Shown here: in pieces, positions 46,589-54,451 of the stretch
Numbering within the stretch: the stretch's first letter is position 1
Layout: the number at the start of each line of letters is the position of its first letter
IMG/VR virus record: IMGVR_UViG_3300009095_000001
Location: 1-64,000 of that record
Source of the DNA: a virus
Taxonomy: Duplodnaviria > Caudoviricetes
Reading direction: 5' to 3' (one strand)
Length of the DNA: 64,000 nucleotides
Translations under genes and position numbers: made by a program
Notes under the pieces: model-generated
Database searches by the model: none
Told to the model about the DNA's origin: nothing
The model's input: the letters and a program-made list of their open reading frames with translations, nothing else

Positions 46589-47547
46589 CGTCGATTGCTC
46601 CAACGGGAGGTCGGCAGCGTGACCACGCCCCGACCCTCCCCGGGTTTCTTCCAGTCGTCAGTGATTCGCCGGTCCACGATCTCGGCGAGTCGTTTGCGGT
46701 ACTCTGCGCGACCTTGTTCGATTTCATGTTCTGGCAGCTTGTAGACCCATGTTTCGTGATATCCCGCGTCGTCGCCCTCGCTGCCGATCACGACGAAGTA
46801 GAACCCCACGTCGCGACCGGTCAGCGCCGCGATTGCGTCGGAGTACATCGCGTCCTGCACGTGGTAGCCGTAGCGGAAGACGCTGCGCATGAAGCCTTGC
46901 GGTTCGGGGTCGCCGGCCGTCTTGAGGTCGGTGACCACCAGCCCCGGTTCGAGGTCGGTCCCGTAGACGTGCTCGCAGTCGAGCTCGACCAGGCGATCGA
47001 GCCGGCACTTCACGAGCAGCCCGCTGGTCGGCTCGCGCCACAGCACGGTCTGCTCGTTGCGGCCGGGAGCGCTGAGCAGCGCGGCGGCCTCGGGATGCGA
47101 CCAGGCGCTGGCGACCATCTGCCGGATGCGATGAAAGTCTGCCAGGCTCACGTCGATCCGGTCGTGGATCTTGGCCATGAGCTGCTCTCGCTGCTCACAC
47201 GCTTCTCGCCATTGTTCGTAGAGCTTGCGCGCGTGCCTTCCCTCGGGCGTCGACTTGCTTGCGTTCCCGCTCGCGCCCTTCGGTCGCGGGACTTCGGGGA
47301 TGCCCACGCGTCGGACCCACTCGGGCAGTTCGAGCACGGCCAGGTGCACGTAGACGCCTCGGTCCTTCGCGTCGCTGCTGTCGTCGGGCACGTCGATGCG
47401 AAGCCCTTGCTCCCACCGTCGCCAGAACGTGCGTGGCTTCGCAGCGCACAAGCTGAGCGACGAGCGGGTGAGCGCGTCGGTGTCCGCGAAGTATTGCTCC
47501 GCGGTCCAGTCGACCAGCATCGCCTCGCCTAGTTCGAGCAGCTTCAC
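46585..47547 (-). CDS. PD-(D/E)XK exonuclease, RecE/ExoVIII C-terminal (DUF3799)-like
   Basis: G..VHLAVLE, EQTVLW, KCRLDRL, VTDLKT, YHVQDAMY. Confidence 0.85.
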   Translation of the reverse strand: MKLLELGEAMLVDWTAEQYFADTDALTRSSLSLCAAKPRTFWRRWEQGLRIDVPDDSSDAKDRGVYVHLAVLELPEWVRRVGIPEVPRPKGASGNASKSTPEGRHARKLYEQWREACEQREQLMAKIHDRIDVSLADFHRIRQMVASAWSHPEAAALLSAPGRNEQTVLWREPTSGLLVKCRLDRLVELDCEHVYGTDLEPGLVVTDLKTAGDPEPQGFMRSVFRYGYHVQDAMYSDAIAALTGRDVGFYFVVIGSEGDDAGYHETWVYKLPEHEIEQGRAEYRKRLAEIVDRRITDDWKKPGEGRGVVTLPTSRWSNRR

Positions 47548-47584
47548 GAGTGTGCAGACCCGGCGAGCGCGACGCCCATTCCCA

Positions 47585-48031
47585 TCACACCATCACCACG
47601 TTGTGATCGCGAGCGGCCGACAGCTCCGTGCCGAGCTGGTCGAGCGCGAGGTAGAGCGACGTCGGGCTGACGTCGAGAAACGGGACGCGGCGGGTCCAGC
47701 TGATCACCCCGCCGCCGGGCGTGTTCCACTGCAGCTCGAGCTTGACCTCGGAATCGCGCACGACGACCAAGTCCTCGCTCGGTCGCAGCCACAGCACACC
47801 GCCGGCGAGCTCGGCGACCGGCCCCGTCAACGGTAGCACCCGACGCGCGAAGCCTTCGCGATCGTCGGGCGACTGGACCATGCTTCGGACGCGGCGAGGG
47901 AACGCGTGGGCGCTGGAGTCCCAGGTCACCGATCGCTCGAGTCGTTCGATCGTGATGCGCTCGCCGAGATCGATCTTGGCGATCATGTAGACGAGCGCGG
48001 TCGAGAGGTTGGCGAGAACCTTGCTATCCAT
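47585..48031 (-). CDS. phage hypothetical protein
   Basis: ATG 3 nt after leader hairpin. Confidence 0.55.
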   Translation of the reverse strand: MDSKVLANLSTALVYMIAKIDLGERITIERLERSVTWDSSAHAFPRRVRSMVQSPDDREGFARRVLPLTGPVAELAGGVLWLRPSEDLVVVRDSEVKLELQWNTPGGGVISWTRRVPFLDVSPTSLYLALDQLGTELSAARDHNVVMV

Positions 48032-48100
48032 ACGGCCGAAGCCCCGCCGCCCATCGCTTGCGCGACGCGGTCCGGGGCGGAGCTTCGGAGCAGCGGTCGA

Positions 48101-48334
48101 CTACTCGCTGGCGTTGTCGACCTCCATCGCCGCGTAGTTCTCGGCCAGCCAGCCCGACACCGTCACTGCATCGACGTTGACGCCGGCCGCCTGGGCTGCG
48201 GATTTCTTCGCCTTCGCCTTCGCCTCTGCTCGCGTCTGCCCGCTCGCGTGCCAGCACAACAGGCCCTGTCGAGTGGTGATGGCTTCACCGTTCTCGCGGC
48301 GGATCACAAAGCTCCAAGTCGGCTGATCGTTCAC
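48101..48334 (-). CDS. small hypothetical protein
   Basis: GTG 3 nt after leader hairpin. Confidence 0.55.
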   Translation of the reverse strand: MNDQPTWSFVIRRENGEAITTRQGLLCWHASGQTRAEAKAKAKKSAAQAAGVNVDAVTVSGWLAENYAAMEVDNASE

Positions 48335-48506
48335 AATGCCGAAGCCCCGTCGCTCGGCTTTCGCTGCGTTCGGGGCTCCGGCTCAGTCTCTTCTCACCCG
48401 AAAGACCTCCCGGCTGGTGGCGCCCGTTTCCCGCGGGTCGCTTCGCGTGCGGCGTGCCGCTGTGTTCGAGCTCAGCGCTTCATGCCGGGCAAACGGCCAA
48501 GCGCCG

Positions 48507-48933
48507 TCAGTATTCCTCGGGTTCGTACTCGCGCAGGTGCTCGCCTTCGGGCAGGTCGACCTCGATCACGGTCCCCGCGGCGTGGAGCTGGAACAAGTAG
48601 CGGTCCATCCCGTGGAGCGTGCCGGCGAGTAGAGCCTCCGGAAAGGCGAGCGGGCGACGCTCGAGCTGATGCGCGCTCTCTCGGATGATCTCGGCCTCGA
48701 CGTCCCGGGCTTCGAGCAGCCCGACGATCAGGAGTGGTTTTGATGGGAGCTAATACCATGAAGCCGAGCAGCTGCGCGACAGCATGCGGTCGCTCGCCGT
48801 CAACTGCCCAATCATGGACTCGGTCGAAGCGATGGTCGTGTGGTGGGTCGAGAAGCTGATCGGGATTCAGACCCAGCTTAGCGCGCTGCTCTCGGTCGAA
48901 CTTCCCGACGGCTCGACGACCTACTCCTGGCAC
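48507..48933 (-). pseudogene. probable frameshifted hypothetical gene
   Basis: removing one A from the A4 run (plus-strand 48738-48741) joins ..MVLAPIK to PLLIVGLLEARDVE..YEPEEY*. Confidence 0.4.
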
Positions 48934-48938
48934 CCCGA

Positions 48939-49301
48939 ATGATCACCCGCGAGCAGCTCGACGCGATGGTGCGCGAGCATCTGGAGACGCACCCGAGCAG
49001 CTCCGCGCACGAGATCGCGGCTGCCCTGGGGTCCCCCGATGACAAGCGCCGCGACATTCGGCGTGTCTACGTCGCGCTCGACCGGCTGCGGTCAAGCGGC
49101 GACGTGATAGGCGACACCAGCTGGCCCACGCGGTGGCGGCTGACCGAGCTCGCTGATAAGCCGATCCGTCTCTCGACGGCGCAGGCGAAGCGAGCGGTCT
49201 CGCTGCTGCTCACGGCGGCGGGGCTCGGGCTCGACGACGGCGCGCTCGAGGCTGAGGCGATCGCGATGGCGCAGCTGCTCGCGGACCAGCTTGGCGCGTG
49301 A
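48939..49301 (+). CDS. winged-HTH protein
   Basis: HPSSSAHEIAAALG..RRVYVALDRLRSSGDV..PTRWRL. Confidence 0.6.
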   Translation: MITREQLDAMVREHLETHPSSSAHEIAAALGSPDDKRRDIRRVYVALDRLRSSGDVIGDTSWPTRWRLTELADKPIRLSTAQAKRAVSLLLTAAGLGLDDGALEAEAIAMAQLLADQLGA

Positions 49302-49516
49302 GCAAGCGCCAGCGTGCCGGACCAATCGATCGGCCTCGAGCTCCGACTGGTCCAGCATGCGCGACCCCTACGAACTACTCGCGGACCCGGCCGAGCTCGG
49401 GCTGCTGGACATTCGACAGCGATTCGGCCTGACCAGCCCAGAAGAGGACGCGGAGCTCGAAGCCGTGGCCCGCGAGCGCGAGCGCCGTCGGAGCTTCGCG
49501 GCGGCTGGTGAGATCG

Positions 49517-49615
49517 TCACCCAGCGAGCAGCGACCACAGCATGATCACGACGCTGCCGAGCGCGACCGTGATCAGGACGCTCCACGCGGCGGTCTCGGC
49601 TGCTGATCGGACCAT
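49517..49615 (-). CDS. 32-aa hydrophobic peptide
   Basis: MVRSAAETAAWSVLITVALGSVVIMLWSLLAG; below ORF-track cutoff. Confidence 0.35.
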   Translation of the reverse strand: MVRSAAETAAWSVLITVALGSVVIMLWSLLAG

Positions 49616-49651
49616 GGCGGGATCGTGACCCCGGCCGTCGGTCCGTCGAGG

Positions 49652-49798
49652 TCAGGTCATCCGCCAGGCCAACCGCAAGCCGCCAGCGAAGCCGAGCAGC
49701 CCGAGCGCGAGGTAGTCGGCGGTCGAGCACGTCACCACGACCGCGAGCAGGGTCAGGGTGTGCAGGCCAAGCAGCGTCTTCATGTCGAGCGTACCCAT
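49652..49798 (-). CDS. 48-aa two-helix membrane peptide
   Basis: MGTLDMKTLLGLHTLTLLAVVVTCSTADYLALGLLGFAGGLRLAWRMT; below ORF-track cutoff. Confidence 0.4.
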   Translation of the reverse strand: MGTLDMKTLLGLHTLTLLAVVVTCSTADYLALGLLGFAGGLRLAWRMT

Positions 49799-49910
49799 GG
49801 TCTCGGTCTGGCCCGGTAGCGCGCGGACGCCAGCGATCGCGGCGGAAGCAAGCCGCGCAGCCGGGCCGGACGATCGACGCTCGAGAAGGTCCGACCCGGC
49901 GAGGCTGGCG

Positions 49911-50585
49911 TCAGCCGCAGACCGCGGGGGCCGGCTTCTTTTTCTTTTTCTTGGCCTGCGCCGCAGCGTGGCAGGTGCAGACGGTGTCGACGACCGCCTT
50001 GGGGCAGGTGACCCCCCAGCCCGGATTTGTTGGCAAGCACGAGAACACGGCGACGAGCACCCGCAGCGCGCAGTCGAACCACGGCCCGGGCTGCGGACGG
50101 TTGGGCGGGCTGACGTCCTGCTCTCCGAGCGTGGCGATGATCAGCTCGATCCGGCTGGCGATCTCCAGCTGCGTGGCTTCCTCGCTGGGGTCGGTGCTCG
50201 TGCTGACCACCGCGACGTTTTCGAGATCGACGAGCGCCCAACTCCGCGCGTCGGCGAAGGTGGCATTGACCGCGACCACGGTTGGTGAGCCGTCGACGGG
50301 GTCGAGCTCCACGCGAGCGACGAGCAGTCCGTCGTGATCGAGAGCGTCGAGCACCACGATCCCGTCGTCGTCCAGTTGCATGACGACGGAGTGCAGCTCG
50401 TTGGGCCAGGGCGCGGGCTCGAGCTGGTGAGGGTCGAGCAGCTGCTGCGTGTCGGGCTCGGGCTTGCCGGGCTCGGCCGTGCTGGTCTCGCTCGCGTCGT
50501 TCGGGTGGTGCTGGGCTGGCCCGGCGTCGGTGCAGGCGAAGGTCAGCGCCAGGGCGGTCAGGAGTGAGGTTATGCGTGTGTGCAT
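49911..50585 (-). CDS. lipoprotein with Cys-rich C-terminal domain
   Basis: signal LLTALALTFAC; C-term WxxC-x10-C..C-x8-CxC; paralogous to 50920-51474. Confidence 0.7.
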   Translation of the reverse strand: MHTRITSLLTALALTFACTDAGPAQHHPNDASETSTAEPGKPEPDTQQLLDPHQLEPAPWPNELHSVVMQLDDDGIVVLDALDHDGLLVARVELDPVDGSPTVVAVNATFADARSWALVDLENVAVVSTSTDPSEEATQLEIASRIELIIATLGEQDVSPPNRPQPGPWFDCALRVLVAVFSCLPTNPGWGVTCPKAVVDTVCTCHAAAQAKKKKKKPAPAVCG

Positions 50586-50612
50586 CCGGGGACCGTGGCC
50601 GTGCGGGCAAGC

Positions 50613-50627
50613 GCAGCCAGGGTGCCA
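50613..50627 (-). promoter_or_regulatory. candidate sigma-54 (-24/-12) promoter
   Basis: TGGCACcctggCTGC (GG-N10-GC) 27 nt upstream of ATG 50585. Confidence 0.45.
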
Positions 50628-50919
50628 GATTGCTGTTCAGTCTCGCCGACCCGCGCGCCGATCGGGATCAGTCTCGAGCGCGCGAGCACGAAAAAGGCGG
50701 CTCCCACCATTGGGAGCCTCTGCCCGCCGCGCGGCTCGGCTCGGTCCGCAGCATCCAGCCGCCCGCGTGGCTCGACGAGATCCCGCTGCCCGGAGCTGCG
50801 CCGCCTTGGCTGGGCGCGGCCGCTTGCTGAGCGGCGGGCCGAGCGAGAACAGCGAACAGTCTCAGCGGGCGCGACGGCGAGCGCGTGACTGGCCCGCTGG
50901 CCTGCGCAGGCTTGTCGTG

Positions 50920-51474
50920 ATGATCAACCAATCGATCCTTCTCGCTCTCCTACTCAGCCCACCGCCAAGCTCGCCGCACGAGATCGATGCGCCGGACTTC
51001 GCCGACCAGCTCGACCACGTGGACGTCACGGTCAGCGACGACGATGCGGTCGTGGTCGCCTTCGATGAAGCCGGCGAGGCCATCGCCTCGCTCTCGATCT
51101 GGGTCGACGCTCGCGGGGTGACGTGGCTCGCGACCGACTACGCGGACGGCTACTCGCTGGTCAGCGTCGACCCGATCACCGATGAAGTCACCCGCGAGGG
51201 TGATCTCGACGACGCCGTGCTCGCTGATCGCTACGAAGCGCTGCTCGATTACCTCGATGACCCGGCCGCACCATGGGAAAAGAAGGGCAAGGATAAAGGT
51301 GCCAAACCGAATCACACGTGGAAGAAGTGCGCCTTTTATGCGGTGAAGGGCGGCGTGGCGTGTGCCCTCGTCAGCCCGTTCGGCTGCGTGTGGGGTGGGG
51401 TCAAGATGGCGTGCGCGTGTGTGCCCAAGGTCGTCAAGGAATTCGAGGAGTACTCATGCCCACTCGGCCTGTAG
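50920..51474 (+). CDS. secreted protein with Cys-rich C-terminal domain
   Basis: short hydrophobic leader; WKKC-x10-C..C-x8-CAC; shares acidic beta domain with 49911-50585. Confidence 0.7.
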   Translation: MINQSILLALLLSPPPSSPHEIDAPDFADQLDHVDVTVSDDDAVVVAFDEAGEAIASLSIWVDARGVTWLATDYADGYSLVSVDPITDEVTREGDLDDAVLADRYEALLDYLDDPAAPWEKKGKDKGAKPNHTWKKCAFYAVKGGVACALVSPFGCVWGGVKMACACVPKVVKEFEEYSCPLGL

Positions 51475-51728
51475 ATTGGTCGTGGTCACGTGGCTGGGCG
51501 ATCGTCGCCGCCTTGCTGTTGGTCGTCGAGGCTGGTGCGAACGCCTACTTCAACGCTCTCGATCAGCAATGGCTGGGCATGGCGCTCGCGGCATCGCTCC
51601 CGCTCGCCGCCGGATACACATGGTGGACAAGGCGGTCGCTGGGTCCCGAAGTGGCCGCGGTCGCGGACAACATGCTCGTCTACGTCATGTTTGCGCTCGG
51701 GCTGTACGCCTGGGTGATCTGGCCGTGA
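51456..51728 (+). CDS. three-TM small membrane protein (immunity-like)
   Basis: GAGGAG RBS, overlaps upstream gene, three hydrophobic segments. Confidence 0.6.
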   Translation: MPTRPVDWSWSRGWAIVAALLLVVEAGANAYFNALDQQWLGMALAASLPLAAGYTWWTRRSLGPEVAAVADNMLVYVMFALGLYAWVIWP

Positions 51729-52175
51729 CCGTGAACGCGGCAACGGCCGGCGCGCCGTGAATGGGTCGCCGACCCGGCGGTGGTGCCGAGCCGAGCCGAG
51801 CGCTCGGCAGCATCGAGCCAAGCGCGAGCGCCCACTAGCGTGAGTTTTCGTGCGTCGCGTCGACGTTCCGATCGGCCGCCTATCGACCGATCGGAACGCC
51901 GAACGAATGACCTAAAGACCACCGCGCGGGCAAGTTGAGACAACTGCGCACGCGGCGGTCGGAGCGTGGCGATCTGACACACCGGGGTGTTATCGTGCGC
52001 ACAAACGAGCCGGCCTGTTGGCGCAGACCGGCTCAAGACCACCAGGGAACGACGAATGAAGGCTCAAAACATCGATTTGGTAGATGAGCGCACTTTAGCG
52101 CGTTGGGTTACGCGTGACCAGCACCCCGGCCTGCGGGTGGGGAATGTCGTCGGGGCACGCGGTGTCCGGAGGCGC

Positions 52176-52793
52176 ATGACCGGACAACGACTGACCATCA
52201 CCGCGGCTCTTGCCGCCTTGCTCGTGATCGCCGGCTGCGATCCCGAGCTCGACACCACCAACACCGAATTGCGCAGTATCTCGCCGATCAGCTGGTCGAG
52301 CGTGGGCTGCATGACCAACGGCGGGACCGATCGCTGCTACGCGCGGACGGACGAGGGGACCGACTTTCGGATCCCCGTCGTGAGCGCGTGCTCGCTGGCC
52401 GCCAAGGTCGAGAGCGGCGAATACGTCGAGACCGACGACGGCTGGTATTGGAGCTGCGACTACGGGCGCTCGCCGGAGACCTTCACCGACGCGATGTGCT
52501 TCCACGATTCGGCGACGCACGTGGTGTGCTTCGGCGGGAGCGACGGCTGGTACACGAAGGTCGAGCCGTACTGCGCGGGCGCGAAGTACAACGTGCCGGT
52601 CGATCCGTACTGGCCGGAGACGGCGTGCCGCGGAGGGCTGGCGAGCACCTACCACAACTACGATGGCATCTACGTCGTCGACGGTGGCACGCCTTGGTGG
52701 GGCCGCGCGGCGAATGGAGACGACGCGTTCTACGGCTCGCCGTCGTGCGCCATCCCGACCCTTCACCCCGCGGGCAACCCCTACGATTGCTGA
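52176..52793 (+). CDS. Cys-rich lipoprotein
   Basis: GGAGG RBS; lipobox LLVIAGC. Confidence 0.7.
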   Translation: MTGQRLTITAALAALLVIAGCDPELDTTNTELRSISPISWSSVGCMTNGGTDRCYARTDEGTDFRIPVVSACSLAAKVESGEYVETDDGWYWSCDYGRSPETFTDAMCFHDSATHVVCFGGSDGWYTKVEPYCAGAKYNVPVDPYWPETACRGGLASTYHNYDGIYVVDGGTPWWGRAANGDDAFYGSPSCAIPTLHPAGNPYDC

Positions 52794-52835
52794 AAGGAGT
52801 CCGCCATTCCTCGATGACGGGATTCAGTGACCACC

Positions 52836-53297
52836 ATGCGTAACGCAATTCTAACAACCATCCTCCTTTGTCTCTCCATGCCCGCTTGTGACGCCGACGA
52901 TGAGGACTTTCGTGGCGATTACGACAGCATGCTCGTCGACTGCGACCAATATGGCCAATGCTGGGCGATTCAGCCTGGCGGCTGGGATGCTTGGGCGGCA
53001 GCCATCACGAATGTCCAGATCGATGATGCAGTGGCAGCTGGCGTGCTGGTGTCGACGCGCACCAAGATCGCTGGCGATCAGTGCTGGCGGATTGCAGGGA
53101 CCGACGGCCACATGTGCGCAGTGTTCCTCGGCACGGTCAAGCTGATCGGCCGCCCCGAGTCCGAGTTGGTCCTCACGTCGCCAGCGCAATCGTGCTGGTT
53201 CGAGGGGCTGTGGGACTACAACCGGTCGGGCTCCGGCATGTGCTTCGGGGTCATTGAAGGCGTAGCTGTCCAGCTTAGCTACGCACCCCCGTTCTAG
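52836..53297 (+). CDS. Cys-containing lipoprotein
   Basis: MRNAILTTILLCLSMPAC lipobox-like. Confidence 0.65.
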   Translation: MRNAILTTILLCLSMPACDADDEDFRGDYDSMLVDCDQYGQCWAIQPGGWDAWAAAITNVQIDDAVAAGVLVSTRTKIAGDQCWRIAGTDGHMCAVFLGTVKLIGRPESELVLTSPAQSCWFEGLWDYNRSGSGMCFGVIEGVAVQLSYAPPF

Positions 53298-53317
53298 CCC
53301 CGGATAACGACCAGACG

Positions 53318-53352
53318 AAAGCGACCAGGCGAAGCTTGGTCGCTTTTTGTTT
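53318..53352. terminator. intrinsic terminator between convergent genes, possibly bidirectional
   Basis: aaagcgaccaggc-gaa-gcttggtcgcttt followed by ttgttt. Confidence 0.8.
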
Positions 53353-54397
53353 ACCTCTGCGGGTTGACTACGCGGATGGTGGATTCACGAATCTTGCACG
53401 TAGCAGCGGCGTTTGGATCACACTTCAATCGATAGAGTCGGCCCACGGACACGCCTGGAGTCAGTCGCCTGGCGATGCGAAAGAACGACCACTTCGCTGC
53501 GTCAGAGTTGTCGTTCCAAAATACCGTGACGGGGTTCCCCTGGTCGCTATATGTTCCGGATCCGTCGTCGTATTGTAGCTGTAAGACCACGTTGTCTCCG
53601 CCGCCGGTGTTGACCTGCCCCCATCCCTCCGCGATGACGAGCACCTCGCTAGACTGCGGCAAACAGCGAACACTAGTGACCAGCGCAAGATTGGTAGCTT
53701 GAAGCGCGGTCTCGGCCTCTTGCTCTCCTGTCGCGTAGGTCCACCCGTTTGTGCTGTGGTGCACATAGTTCAGCGCAGGGTCGTCCGTCGGCCGATAGAC
53801 CAGATTTCCGTTGCTATCGGCTACGAGTTCACGCTCGCTCGCCGGGGCAACGGCCGGCGAGAGCTTGACTACTCCGGTTGTCAATTTCGCTCCGGTGGTG
53901 ATCGAAACGTCGGCCTTGTGCTCCGCTGTGTCGTTGAACGCCGCAGGTTTATTGAACGTGGCCGTGTTATCGAATGTCGCGGTATTCTTGAACACCGCTG
54001 CTCCGTTGAAGGTGAACGTGACCGTCGCCGACGTCGACACCGGACCGTTGAATTCCGTGGTCCCGTTGAAGTCCGCCTCGGACCCGTTCGCCATGATCAG
54101 CGAGCTCCCGGACTCAAACTCCACCGTCGCGTTGTCGCTCACAAACAACTGCGCGCCGTCGAGAAGCGTCGGCGTTCCCGACCACTGCCAGCTATTCAGC
54201 GCCGTGGCGACCTGGTCGAATACCAGCCCGTCCAACGTCCCGCCCTGGCTCAGCACGATGTTGACGAGCTCCATCTGAACCGAGTTGCACCACTCAGGGC
54301 TGAGCTGCGTGGGTGGAGTGTCCGTCGTGCCTTTGAACCCGTGGAGCCCGGGCCCGAACATGTTGGCGACAGCCGTAGGAGTGAGGATGACCTGCAT
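53351..54397 (-). CDS. tail-fibre-like protein (Mu S-type N-terminus)
   Basis: MQVILTPTA..FGPGLHGF..TQLSPEWCNSVQMELVNIV..G.TLD..DQVATAL; central xxF(N/D/K)xx hexapeptide repeats. Confidence 0.65.
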   Translation of the reverse strand: MQVILTPTAVANMFGPGLHGFKGTTDTPPTQLSPEWCNSVQMELVNIVLSQGGTLDGLVFDQVATALNSWQWSGTPTLLDGAQLFVSDNATVEFESGSSLIMANGSEADFNGTTEFNGPVSTSATVTFTFNGAAVFKNTATFDNTATFNKPAAFNDTAEHKADVSITTGAKLTTGVVKLSPAVAPASERELVADSNGNLVYRPTDDPALNYVHHSTNGWTYATGEQEAETALQATNLALVTSVRCLPQSSEVLVIAEGWGQVNTGGGDNVVLQLQYDDGSGTYSDQGNPVTVFWNDNSDAAKWSFFRIARRLTPGVSVGRLYRLKCDPNAAATCKIRESTIRVVNPQR

Positions 54398-54451
54398 GCG
54401 CGCAGACTAACACGTTCGACAGCGGGCGATCTCGGCTGCTACCTTGTCCAC

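Noticed and set aside
53699-54451. 866-aa terminase as given in the ORF track
   Set aside because: The first ~250 codons are mostly antisense to the tail-fibre gene; terminase motifs begin after GTG 54452
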